Assembly (NCBI RefSeq): GCF_018350175.1
Contig: NC_058382.1
Location: 57,228,001-57,292,000, forward strand
Direction: 5' to 3'
DNA: 64,000 nt
DNA from: Felis catus
Taxonomy: Eukaryota
Below the pieces are notes generated by a model that searched no databases, was not told the DNA's origin, and saw only the letters and a program-made list of their open reading frames with translations. This document shows, piece after piece, positions 52,029 to 64,000 of this stretch. Every line of letters starts with the position of its first letter. Position 1 is the first letter of the stretch. A program made the position numbers and the translations under genes.

Positions 52029-53164
52029 AATAAACGTTTTTTAAACATAAAAAAAAGTAAATAAAAATGGGCAGAACTAACCAAAGCCAGCACAATTACC
52101 TCTGGGGGGGTGTAGTGGGTCCCGAGGGCTGGTCATGTCACTCGATCTGTGTCTCTTGGCGGGGGGGGGGGGGGGGGGTGCTGATTCCACATTGTGTCAA
52201 ATCTGTGCAAGAGACGTGTGCAGCTTAGTATGTGTGTTGTGTTCAGATTGAAAAAGCTGTTTCGAGCAACCACCACCGAAGGCCCCAGGAAGACATACGG
52301 ATGGGCTGGATTCCGGCCCGGGTGCCCTGTTATGAGCTGGTTGTCACCGGGAACAGCTTTGAAGGGGCTCCAGCCCCAGAACCTCTGTTTTTGATCAGTC
52401 ACCTCTAAAGCCTGCAGTTACGCCCAGTTCTGTGCCTTTACCTGGATGATCCTGCCCTCCCTCCCTGCCTCCTGGAATCCTAGGGTCCTGAGGGTCCGGA
52501 AAAGTCAGCGGTGAAGGTCTGCCCTACCGCCTTCCACCTCCCTCTGCCCTTTCCGGTGCACAGAAGTTGTGGACTGTCACCCCAAAGGGACATACACGCC
52601 AGGCAGCTGAGCTCTCCCAGCTGAGTCCTTTCTGTTGGAGGGACGGGTGCCTCCCTGGAGACGGAACGTTATTATATTCTGATCGCAGGATTACAGAGCG
52701 GAACGCGTGCCGGGGTCTCAGCCCCCCACCCCCGCCAAGGGGCCTGTACCTTTCGGCTAGGACATTTTTCAAACAAATGGAAAAATTGCAAGCCTCGGCT
52801 CATAATTACTAGCATTTTGTCATGAATATATTTGAATATATATATATATATACATATATACACTTTATATATGAATGTAGTTTTTTCCAAAGCATTTCAA
52901 AATAAACTAGACACCATGACATTTCCTCCTGAATTCTTCAGCATAGACATCCAGAAACACAAGGATAATTTTCTGTGTAATCACAAAACCATTATCACAC
53001 CAAATGTGATTAAAAATAAAGGACGATTCCCTACTATCACTTGATTCCCCATTCATCTGATACCCACGTCTCCGGAATGCCTTTTTATAGTATTGTAGCT
53101 CTCCAAAGACCCAGATCCAATGAAGGGTCACATATGACATTTGCCAATTGCGTTCTGTTACTTT

Positions 53165-53396
53165 TTTTTTATAAAGATTAAAAAAAATTTTTTTTGACAT
53201 TTATTCATTTTTTTTTGAGAGACAGAACAGAGCGTGAGCAGGGGAGGGGCAGAGAGAGAGGGAGGCGGAATCCGAAGCAGGCTCCAGGCTCTGAGCTGTC
53301 AGCACAGAGCCTGATGCGGGGCTTGAACTCACTGACCGAGAGATCGTGACCCGAGCCGAGGTGGGCGCTAAACCGACCGAGCCACGCAGGAGCCCC
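53165..53396 (-). mobile_element. Can-SINE within an L1MC-like fragment (about 52760-53800)
   Basis: Reverse SINE; TSD gttctgttacttttt. Confidence 0.88.
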
Positions 53397-56055
53397 GTGT
53401 TCTGTTACTTTTTAATCTCCAACAGTCCTCTGTCCCCACCCAGAACCTCCTCCCCCACCTCCCACCCCTACCCCCATGACACAGGCTTTGGAAAGAGATC
53501 AGATCAGGTTGTCTGATTTGTCGACTGTTCCTCCTTCCAGATTGTTCCCCTTGTTCCCAAGTGGCCCCTCGCCCCTCTATTTCTGGAAATTGGGTCTAAC
53601 GCATTGATCACACTCAGGTTACACATAGTTTTGGTAAGAACGCTTCATCGGGGGGCTCACTGGGAGCTCCTTACGCTTGGCTGTCCTCCCTGGCTGATGC
53701 CAGGACGTATGGCCGGGTTAAGGTGGTCACCGCAGACATGTCTGTCACAAGGGAACACTTTCCTTCTGTGATTAGCAGGTGCTCTGGGGTGATGGTTGGA
53801 CCTAAGCACGTTCCTGTTTGAAGAAGTTAAGGAACCTGCCCTCAGCTTCCAGGTCTTTCTGCTACAAACTGCTCGGCCAGACCTCACTGTCCTTTCTCAT
53901 CCCACCGAGACTAGCTTTCCAGGGCTGTGTCCCTGCCCCTGGAGCTCAGAGGCCGGGGCAGGAAGGGGTGCGAGGCTGAAGAAGAAACGCGAGACGAGCC
54001 CGGGTGAAAGTGAGGCTGCCACGAGTAACCTTCAAGTTGCTACGATCCTGAACTCGGAGCCTGGAGCCTGCTTCGGATTCTCTGTCTCCCTCTCTCTCTC
54101 TCAAAAATAAATACACATTGTAAAAAAAAAGAACTCAGGAAGAATATGCTCATGTGCGGGGGGGGGGGGGGGGAGGGGGGGGCGGGGCCCTGGGTGGCTC
54201 AGTCGGTTAAGCGTCCAACTCTTGGTTCGGGCTCAGGTCATGATCTCGCAGCCTGACGGTGCGGAGCCTGCTTGGGTGGGAGGTGGGGTGCAGGGCGCAA
54301 AGGAGCAGGAGGACAGTGACCCCAAGATTTCCGGTCTGCGTGGTGCAGCAGAAGGGGAGGCAGGAATGGAAATGGGTAGCAGTGGAGGGGGAGGAGGAAG
54401 GGTCGGGGGGAAAGGGGAGGTCAGCCTTGAACGTGCTGCGTTGGGGGCACCCCGCTGCAGATGTTTGGGGGTTTGAGTCCAGAGCCCAGAGAGAGCTGGG
54501 GCCAGAAGGATACACGGGAAGGGTCCTCAGCACCCCTCCCGGGAGGGGGAGTCACCCTCTTCAGGGATTCTGAAAAGCTGCCTGGCTGAGGGGTCGTGGC
54601 ACCTTGTCAGGTCATCAATCACTTTCTGTAAGGGGTGAAAAGGGTCTTAGAGGGTCCCCTCCTCCACAACCCCCTCCTTCCATCCCCCCCCAAGCCCAGG
54701 AAACATCAGTGCTTGCACAGCCTGTGGGCTGATGGCCCCCCGGACACATGGCCACAGGCCTCAAAGGAAAAGGATGCGGCTCCCGGTACGTTCGGGGTAA
54801 GTGGGTCAAGTGCGGTTCCCCCAGGCACCTGCTCAGCCCCATGAACAAGTTGATGTGCCAAATGCGATCTCTAGACCAAGGCTGGCTGGCTGGCTGGATC
54901 AGCCTGTCCTTCCCCCGCCCCCAACCTTCTTGCTTCCTGGATGCCCCCCTGGGACGGGCCCTTCTCTGCTCTCCGTCACTGGAGGGGGACGGAAGTTAGC
55001 CCGTGGCCGGGAGGTCTCGCCTTTGGCGGCCTCGTCTCCCGTGACCTCCAGCCCCTTAAACGCACCCTCACCGCACATCCAAACGCTTTGCTTTGCAAAG
55101 ACGTGGGAACGTATTTATTCTTGTGCTTTCGAAATCGTTGGCAGCAAGGAGCTCACTTAATTTACGGTGGGCACGGCTCCTCCCGGGCGCGCTCTGTAAC
55201 CTGCTCCAGATAGGCATACAGTGACATAGCGTTTTTAAGTGCAATGAAATGTTTTGGCCGTGAAACTGGCCAACGAACAAATGGATACGTTAACCATATT
55301 AATAGCAGTTGTGGGTTTTTTTTTTTTCCTCATAATTTGGATGCTTTGTTTCCAGAATCATCCACCTTTATCGGGTCTCTGAGAAGAAGTGTGAGGGTCC
55401 TGGGGTCCTGGGGGACTAGAGGGGCCTAATTGCAGGAAGGGGAGGCGGGCGGGGGGGCTGGGGACCCTGGGGAGCCTGGAGGGACGGAGAGCACGTCTCT
55501 GGGCGAGGGGGCAGAGACACCTGTCAGGGGCAGGATGTTCGGGGGAAGGTGCCAAGGTCCAGGTCCAGCCGGCAGGTGGACAAGGTGGGGAGGGCTCTGC
55601 CGCCGGGATCCTCAGTGGGAAGGTGAGGAAGACCTTGGAACTAAGGCGAATGGATGCCCATGTGTCCTTTCAACGTCCCACTAGCCTGGATAGCAGGCCG
55701 GCAGGAAGTTACTTACACTTCATTCTCTATGGAATAGTGCCTTTGTTCGACTCCTTTTACGATTCGTCAGGGCCTGATTCTCAAGGGAACATGTTCACTT
55801 GCAAATGTGTATCTGGTACAGGTGACCGTGACTTCCACCTGTTAGCAAAGAAAGCCAGGCGTCGTGGTTCCGCCACCCTGCGGGACGCTCGCCACTTCTG
55901 GGTCTTTCTCAGCCTCTTCTCCCACATTCCTGGGTGCCTAGAAGCATGAGGGCCTCCGGTGCCTCTCGGACCCACTCTCCCACTGCACCGGCGCCCTCAC
56001 GGATGAGTACAGTAGGCTTCCAACACCTGTTCATTCTATGATGGTAGGAGAGACG

Positions 56056-56278
56056 TTTTTTTTTTTAATTTTTTTTTAACGTTTATTTTATTTTTGACAC
56101 AGAGAGAGACAGAGCATGAACGGGGGAGGGTCAGAGAGAGGGAGACACAGAATTGAAACAGGCTCCAGGCTCTGAGCTGTCAGCACAGAGCCCGACGCGG
56201 GGCTCGAACTCACAGACTGCGAGATCATGACCTGAGCCGAAGTCGGCCGCCCAACTGAGTGAGCCACCCAGGCGTCCC
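56056..56278 (-). mobile_element. Can-SINE
   Basis: Reverse SINE; TSD ggagagacRtttttt. Confidence 0.92.
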
Positions 56279-56718
56279 GGAGAGACATTTTTTAACGGAA
56301 GAAGACGGAGGCGCTAAGTGGTTATCTCTGAACGGAAGCCTTAGGCATGAATTCTATTTTGTTGTTGCATACGTGATTTTTTTTCTTTTTTATTCAAAGT
56401 TCAACGACCGTGTGGGGATTCAGTCTGCCGGCTCTAGAGTCAGGGCGCTTGGGTTCGAGGATCAGCGCTTTCCATTCCTAACTCTGTAACCGTGGGAGAG
56501 TTACTTCGACTCTCTGAAACTCAGTTTCCTCATCTGTAAAATGGGGTTAATAATAGGCCAGCGGCACCTACCTCAAAGTGAGGATTATCCTAAGGAAGAC
56601 ACAAGACAAGGCAGGCAGGGCACTTAGCATTGTGTCCAGCTTAAAGGGAGCAGCCAAGGTTACGGATTATTCCCGGTGGTATTACATACAATAATAACTT
56701 TTTAAAGAGACAGCTGAT

Positions 56719-56935
56719 GGGGCGCCTGGGTGGCCCCGTCGGTTGAGCGTCCGACTTCTGCTCAGGTCGTGATCTCACGGCTCGTGAGTTCGAGCCCCGC
56801 GTCAGGCTCTGTGCTGACAGCTCGGAGCCCGGAGCCTGCTTTGGATTCTGTGTCTCCCTCTCTCTCTGCCCCCAACCCATTTGCATTCTGTCTCCATCTC
56901 TCTCAAAAATAAATAAACATTAAAAAAAAAAAAAT
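56719..56935 (+). mobile_element. Can-SINE
   Basis: Full SINE with poly-A; agctgat on both flanks. Confidence 0.92.
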
Positions 56936-59900
56936 AAAGAGCTGATCAAAGGTTGTACAATTGGATGAAAAAATAAAAGCAAACAAACCTTAGAATTACA
57001 CAGAACCCTTTAAAAATAAAAAGAGGATACAGGCTTAATTGTTTCTAACGTCCTGACAACAGCATTTTGTGTACGCGTCTGTGCGTTTTGTCGGGTGCAT
57101 AAACCCCATTTTATCGCTGGAAAAATCTCATAATAATATGCTTTCACATCTTTTTAAGGACTGTTCGCTTCAGACATTCTGCTTTCACGAAGATTTCAAA
57201 AAATCTAGGGCAGTGATTTTCCTTAGAAGGGAGGGAGAAGGTCACCAGGAAAGCTGTCCTAGGATCCTCCATATGCTGGAGTACTCAATCCGTCAAGATC
57301 GAGAAGCTAAAAGCAATATAGTAATTGACCTGATTTTTTTAAAAAAAGCGCAAAAGCTTTGTTCTCTGCTGGAACACAGAAACATTTGTTACCCTAAAAG
57401 GACACGTTTCGGTGGCTTGCCTTGCTGTCAGCAGAAATTTTGGCTTTTGCGTTCAACAACACCCTTCATGGCTAAGTAAACAGGAGGGACGGAAAGACGG
57501 CCAGTCGTTTATTTAGAGCAAGTCTGGACAGGCAGAGAGTGGCACAGAGGTAGGGCGATGGTCCCCTCACCCAGCAAGACGGAAGACGGAGACCCTGGCC
57601 GCACGGTGCGGGTCTGAGACGCGGACGGAAACCCAGCAATATTGAGGAGGGCGGTTATGCCCCCGGCACGGGCTGCCACGGAATGGGCATACGGTGGGCG
57701 CTAGATGGATGGGTCAGCAGAGGAAATGAATAGAGTGGGGGAAGGTTCTTGGCCTCCATCTCCGAGGGACTATGCTTAGAAGCCAGGACCAGAGTGCTCA
57801 GGAGAGGACACTTTCTGTTCATTTTCCTGCATTCCACGTAGGGCTTGCCCGGCTCATGATCAGGACACTTATGAATGGCCCGTCACTGGAGCGATGGTGG
57901 GGGCGTCACAGGAGACGAGATTTATTTTCTTCCGAGTAATTTCCCGCATTTTCTAAATGTTCTACAACGGGCACGTGTTGCTTTCACGTATTTTTCCAAA
58001 TGTTGCGTAAAAAAGCCCGAGGCGCGCTCTCCGCGCAATGAGGAATCCACCGCCATCGGGGCACGCGGATCTCCGGACCTGCTTGGACCCACTTCGTCGT
58101 GAAGGCTGGAGGGCTCGCTGCCCACCTTGCGTGGCGACCTCGGCCCTCCCAACAACTTTGAGCTAGGGACTCCTCGTGATCTTCTTACAGGCGAGGAAAC
58201 AAGCTCAGAGAGGTTAGGCAACTCGTCCAAGGCCACACAGGGGTGATGGTGGGTCTGACACCTGAGTCCCTGCCCTTCGAAATCCTGCTGTACCCCTCCA
58301 TCCTTGTAAACATAATATAGTAAAATCAACGTGCAAATATATTTTAAACGGTGGCACACCAGGCTGTCCTCTGTCATCTCTGAGTCACAGGGCGGGGTAA
58401 TTCTCTCCAGGGCCTCCTTTGCTCCTGGAGCACTCAGCGGCCCCATCCCACCCAACCGAAAGACACAGGATGTCGCACAGCGCCCTCAGACAGGACCCTC
58501 TCTGGTGGCCAAGCAGGCAAGTAGCGAAGGAGTAATGGAAGCTTCCGGAGTGAGCCCTGGGCACGGGCTCCGGAGGAATGCCCCGCCCCTCCCACGCTCC
58601 TCCTCCAGCCCCGCCCCCAGCCCTGCGCCCCGCCCCGCCCCGCCCCCAGCCTGCGCAGGTGCTGCTGGGCCCGAGCCTGCTTGTGCGCCCAGGCTGAGGA
58701 GGTTAAAGGTCAGGGGAGTGGCACTTCCTTAAGTGTTGAACCCCACCCCAGCCCGTCATCTCTGGCATTTGGATGGAGCTCCTTTCTAGAAGGTCAGTAA
58801 TCATTCTGAAGCCTTCGGTTGCCATTTTCCAAGCTGTGAGGGTGGCCTTTAATTTAGCCGTGGCAGGAATGTAATTGCGTTAAGTGGCGCCGCCTTGCTC
58901 CGACGGCAGGTGTCGAGGGCTTTGAAGATTAAAGTATGAAGCGAAATTAATTATTTAAGGAAAGCACTGGAACCCGAGACAGTATGAACCTGGAGTAAAA
59001 ACCAGGAGTCGAAATTGTCAAAAACCGGCAGCATGCTCTTCCTGCGGGACGAAAGATAAGTAGCAGCTGCATAAGGCATTATAATTTACAAACTTGGACG
59101 ATGTGCGCCCGTCTTACTCGATTGGGCAGGTCTCTGACATGGCTGTAGCCCTCCGATCTGCCAGGAAAGGATGCCCAGGCCCAGAGAGGTTCAGTGCCAG
59201 GCACTGGGTCGCACAGCTTCAAAAGACCAGAAGAGGAAACCAACCTCCAGTTCAGAGCCTCTAGGACTTTAAGGTCCACTGTTCCTCTGGGGCCAGTTCA
59301 ATAGAAGAAAATGTTCATTCCTGCAGAAAGCGTTCAGTGAGGGTGTCCGTGGCTCTGGCTTTCCCGATTTACGATATATTGATTTGTGGCTGGGAAACAA
59401 CCATTCGCAAATGTATTTAGAAAGGAAAATAAATCCCACGGTGTCGATGGGGACGCTTAAGCTATTAGGATTTACAAGGAAGACTTACTGTTCCTTTGGG
59501 TAGAGCGTGGGCTGTTCGTTATGGAGTTAACTGATGGTAACAACACTATAAGGAGGCGATTGAATGGGTTCCCACAGCGCAGTTCTGATCCTGTGCGCGT
59601 GGGGAAGCCAGATTTCCATTTGAGCTTAGAATCATCAAGTCCAATTGTCTTCCCAGCTCGACGCTATGAAACGCCTGGGGTTGATGTAATTTTTAGAGGG
59701 TGAGATGCTAACTGTCGCTTAATGGGGTAGAATTTGCAACTGTGGTTAAGCACTGGCTAATTGGACAGACCCACACAGAAACCTCAGCTGAGCCTCCCCC
59801 CCCCCCCCCCCCCCCCCCCCCGGTGGTGTGGCTTCAGGCAGGACGCTTCACCTCTCAACTCAGCCTCCACGTCCCCAGTCATCCCCTCGGGCTGACAGTA

Positions 59901-60984
59901 GTGTTTCAAGGGGAAGCCTGATGGGCACCTCCTGGGTTTGTAGCAAGTGATGCGTAAACATCCCACCGCTGCTACTGTTGCCGGGGGCACTGGGCTGTGT
60001 GCACACGTGTGTGCATACACGTGTGTTTTAAGTCCATGAAAACAGCTAGGAATAAGGAATGGGATCTCAGAGACCTGATTTTCTCCTTTCAGTGCGGCTC
60101 ATCCATGCCTCTGAACCCCACCCCGCTTGTTTATTTTCTTTGGGCTCCAATTTCCCGATCTATATAATGGGCTTTAGGGAGATTATCTGTCAATTTCCTG
60201 TCTATATCAGACATTCTCAGCATCTGTTGTTCTTGGGGAGACCATAGGAAGTTGGTGGGGCTTGTCAACTGAGGAAGGTGACTCCCCACCCCCCCCCACC
60301 CCGGTGTTGCCACTGTTCCACAGCAGCTTGTCGGTGCCACGTGGGAGAGCAGGCTCCACAATGACAAATTTTCTTATTTGTTCAAGAGAACTAGAAGTAC
60401 AGATTTGATGTAAGATTTTGCATATTTAAACGCGAAGAAGAAAATTGAAATGCCTGCCATCCCAAACAAAACCGAGCATCAGATTCAGAGTCAGCCCATA
60501 TTTGGGGCCCCTGAAGCAGCCACATCTCCAGGCCACCGTATGGTCCAGGCAAGATCACCTTGAGGACTGGGTGATCTTTTATTTTCACATTATTTTGACA
60601 TTAAGACCCACGTTGCAGCCTTAATAGCGCCAAGGAGGAGACGATAAAGGTCCCCGTTCTAGAGACGAAAAAGGTCCCTGTTCTAGAAATGGTTCGTCTG
60701 TTTTTAGCTCCTGGGCTCAGCGTGGTTGATGACGTCATCCTGCGGTCCTGGTGCCCCTAAATCCTCCTCAGACATCTGGATTTCTGCTCTTTGTGCTTCA
60801 GCCTTCACCCCACCCGGATCCAGGCGGGGTCTCCCACCTCATTCTGTTACCATTTTCTCATCGTGCCGATGAGTTCCAGAGTCCTTTGGGGTCCTTTTCA
60901 AAAAAATCATAAAAATATATGTGTCAATATTTACCAACCATATCAATAAAAATAGGCATCACCTAAAATGTACCATTTTAACCA

Positions 60985-61204
60985 TTTTTAAAAAAAATTT
61001 TTTTTAACGTTTTATTTATTTTTGAGACAGAGAGAGACAGAGCATGAACGGGGGCGGGGCAGAGAGAGAGAGGGAGACACAGAATCGGAAGCAGGCTCCA
61101 AGCCATCAGCCCAGAGCCCGACGCGGGGCTCGAACTCACGGACCGCGAGATCGTGACCTGAGCTGAAGTCGGACGCTTAACCGACTGCGCCCCCCAGGCG
61201 CCCC
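60985..61204 (-). mobile_element. SINEC_Fc inserted into an L1MB fragment
   Basis: Reverse SINE; TSD ccattttaaccattttta. Confidence 0.92.
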
Positions 61205-61615
61205 CCATTTTAACCATTTTTAAGTGCATGAAGCACATTCACCTGTTGGGCAGCCACCACCATCGGCTGGGGAACTTTTCACTTGCAAAACTGAAACTCT
61301 GTCCCCGTTAAATGATAACGTCCCCCTTCCCCTCCCCCACCCCAGCCCCTGCCGCCACCATTTTACTTCCTGTCTCTATGAATCTGATGATTTCAGGTCC
61401 TTCACAGGAGTGGAATTATACAGTATGTGTCCTTTTGTGACTGGCATATTTCATTTGGCATAGTGTCCTCAAGGTTTATCTATGTTGCAGCAGGTGTCAG
61501 AGTTCCGTTCCTTTTTAACGCTGGTGTGTATATCCCTCATTTCGTTTATCCGTTGGTCTGTCGCTGGACTTCCGGGCTGCTTCACCATTTGGCTGTTGTG
61601 AGTAATGCTGCTGTG
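61205..61615 (-). mobile_element. L1MB/L1MA 3' fragment
   Basis: ttgcaaaactgaaactctgtcccc...ccccagcccct...tgtgactggcatatttcatttggcatagtgtcctcaagg. Confidence 0.8.
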
Positions 61616-62354
61616 ACCAGTAGCCACACGGGGGGGAGCTGGTGGCTGCCGTATTGGACAGTGCAGATCTAGAACGTTCCATCATCACAGAAGGTTCTAT
61701 CGGACGGTGCCGCTGTGGAATTTACAAGATGCATGCACACAAATGTATCTGATTTTGATGGCCAATATTGGCCCTGTTTACAGGAGAGCAAACTGAGGCC
61801 CGGATAGCACGGAGACCGATCTAAGTCATGCTGCCTCTGGGAGACAGAATAGAAATCAGTCCCCCAGATTCCCGGCCAGTGTGCCCTGTTCCCTCCCTGT
61901 CACTGAAAGTTCACGTGGAACATGGAGGCGGGTGGGGGGCAGGGGGGAGTGAGTAGGTTATAAAGGGTACAGGCTCTGCAGCATTTTTCAGGATTTCTTT
62001 TGAAAGAGGAGTAGCATGTGTGTTCATTTCCCGTGTGCCGTGCTAACATTTCTTGCCTCGTGGTTTATTAAATGTAATGGGCCAGATGTTCCAAGGATTA
62101 TCGCCCTCCTAGCCTGGTGGTGCTGACAGCCTTTGGCTTTAATCCATTTCCTGACTGCAGCAGGCCCAGGAGATTTCACGACCTATGTAGCCAATTCTCT
62201 CCTCTTGCACAGCAATATAACGTCAGCCTGGCATGTGCCCGTGCAGAATAAAGACTACATTTCCCAGCCTCCCTTGCAGCTAGGTGTGGCCATGTGACCA
62301 AGTTCTGGCCAATGGGATGTCAGTAGAGGGTCAACGGGGCAGCACCTGGGGAAT

Positions 62355-62561
62355 CTTTTTTTGACTATTATTTTTCATGTTTATTTTTGGAGAGGGAGAG
62401 AGCACAAGCTGGGGAGGGGCAGAGAGAGAGGGAGACAGAGGATCCGAAGCAGGCTCCGCTCTGTCAGAGCAAAGCCCGACACCGGGCTCGAACCCACGAG
62501 CCGTGAGATCGCGCCCTGAGCCCAAGTCAGACGCTCAACTGATTGAGCCACCCAGGCGCCC
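62355..62561 (-). mobile_element. Can-SINE within an MLT1-like LTR (about 62150-62820)
   Basis: Reverse SINE; TSD cacctgggg(g/a)atct. Confidence 0.88.
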
Positions 62562-62885
62562 CACCTGGGGATCTATTTGAAGGGATGGCTGGCGGGCCTC
62601 TGACCTCTGCCTCTCCCATTCTCCCTCATCTCTGTCTCCATACTCTTGCCTTCAGCTGTCACCTTGGTCCCTGTGGGCGAGGTCAAAGGTCAGGAATGAA
62701 GGAGTGGAGCAGAGCCACCGTGCAGCCCTGAACTGCTAACATTTGGCCTTTCGTGTGAAAGAGAACCAAGCAGCTGCCTGTTCGAGCCATTGTTACTTGT
62801 AGGCAAATCCAGTCTTCACTGATGAGCAAGGTAAGGACATCAGGCTCTCTCTGTAAGCTGTTACCCTGAGAATAACCTTAATAAG

Positions 62886-63099
62886 GTAGGGATTGTCGAC
62901 TGGGGATGATTTTGCCACCAAGGGGACGTCTGGAGTCCGTTTTGATGGTCCTGATCAAAGGCAGGGGCGTGTGCTATTGCTATCTAGGGGACTGAGGCTC
63001 CGGACCATCTACAAATGCGTAGGACAGAATTACACCGTGCTGTGCTGCAAGAATGACGTGGCTCCGAGTGCCACTAGTACTGAGGTGAGAAAGCTCTGG
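62886..63099. mobile_element. MER20-like DNA transposon fossil
   Basis: ctggggatgattttgcc...ggggacgtctggag...tgctattgctatctag...aagaatgacgtggctcc...tgaggtgagaaagctctg. Confidence 0.7.
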
Positions 63100-63917
63100 G
63101 CTTCGTTTGGTTTTGTTGCAAAGAAGGACGCTAAAGCCGAAGGGCTTAGGTTACTTGCCTGCAGTGACATAGCTTGTCAATGGCGGAGGCAGGATTCAGA
63201 CCCGGTGAGGGGTGGGGTGTACCGTGAGCAAGGCTTGGGATGCATTCATCGTGTCCCTCAGACGCCGCGCCTGCTCCCGTCTGGCCTCCAGGAGTCAAGC
63301 AGCCCCTGTGTTCAGGTCCTGGGTCTGTCACTTCCTGGAAGATTGCCCTTGAGCTGTTTCCTCCCCTCTGGGCACCTGTGTTGCTTCCCCTCGATGAACG
63401 ATGAACGGGGGATAATCATGCCCACATCCCTGCTGAGTCTGTCGGTGAGCCCAGCAACATGGCACTGGCCAATCAGGGTGGATCCAGGGGGCCGTAGGGT
63501 CCCAGAGGCTCCTGCTCCCTGGGGTGAGCCCCTGAGTTCCCCTGGGGAATCTGAGGGGAGGCGTCATGGAGGCTGGTAGGGGGGGCACTTGGGGTGGAGG
63601 GAGGATGGGCTGTTTGCTAACTGACGTGGAAAGATTTCTCTACGTGCACCTCCCGTACGGCCATTCTGGGATGCGTGGGCCACATGCTGGCCTGAGCGGA
63701 CAGACGTAGAAATTGTTCATGCTGGGAAGGTTCGGAGGAATGATCCACAGAGCCAGTCTCCCTTAACCTCCAAGCTCTACCCCTGCTGTGGGTTTAAAGA
63801 AATAAAACACAGCCACCACTCAGATGAAGGGTTAAGGGGGAGAGGTGATGTCTGATGAGCTCCGCCTTAGACCAGGGACTTTGCTGTTCCTCACCTACTT
63901 CCGGCAGCTTTCCCAGG

Positions 63918-63919
<2 letters not shown>

Positions 63920-63965
<46 letters not shown>
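63920..63965. repeat. (GT)n microsatellite, about 22 units
   Basis: Directly visible. Confidence 0.97.
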
Positions 63966-63967
<2 letters not shown>

Positions 63968-64000
63968 TGTTTGCTCTCATGTTACAGATGAGGAAACAGT

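Noticed and set aside
57069..57479. 136-aa AT-richer ORF
   Set aside because: Starts at GTG, with no recognisable domain or exon structure
50000..64000. WFDC1 coding exons expected from synteny
   Set aside because: No signal-peptide or WAP four-disulphide exon recognised; the gene probably begins beyond the window

Overview
GC-rich mammalian genomic DNA, almost certainly a felid because it is dense in SINEC_Fc-type Can-SINEs. The gene order matches the human 16q24.1 block. The window holds the last 5 coding exons of DNAAF1 (+), the complete TAF1C gene (-; 14 coding exons, 864 aa by my splice model, plus a non-coding exon 1 in a CpG island), the complete ADAD2 gene (+; 10 exons, 593 aa) and KCNG4/Kv6.4 (-; 2 coding exons, 506 aa). 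About 16 kb of repeat-rich intergenic DNA follows. I read the exon junctions by hand and the frames close. Gene identities and ortholog comparisons come from my memory of the human proteins, not from a database search. The most notable observations are: a U12-type minor intron directly after a GC-AG intron in TAF1C; a 111-bp in-frame duplication in the TAF1C C-terminus; a 20/21-bp GATA- and G-tract minisatellite with 61-bp higher-order structure in DNAAF1; a possible DNAAF1/TAF1C 3'UTR overlap; the degenerate ADAD2 deaminase site; and CpG-enriched ancient L1 fragments that suggest GC-biased gene conversion. I found no convincing evidence of a wholly new biological system. Most ORF-track entries are artefacts of high GC or of repeats.
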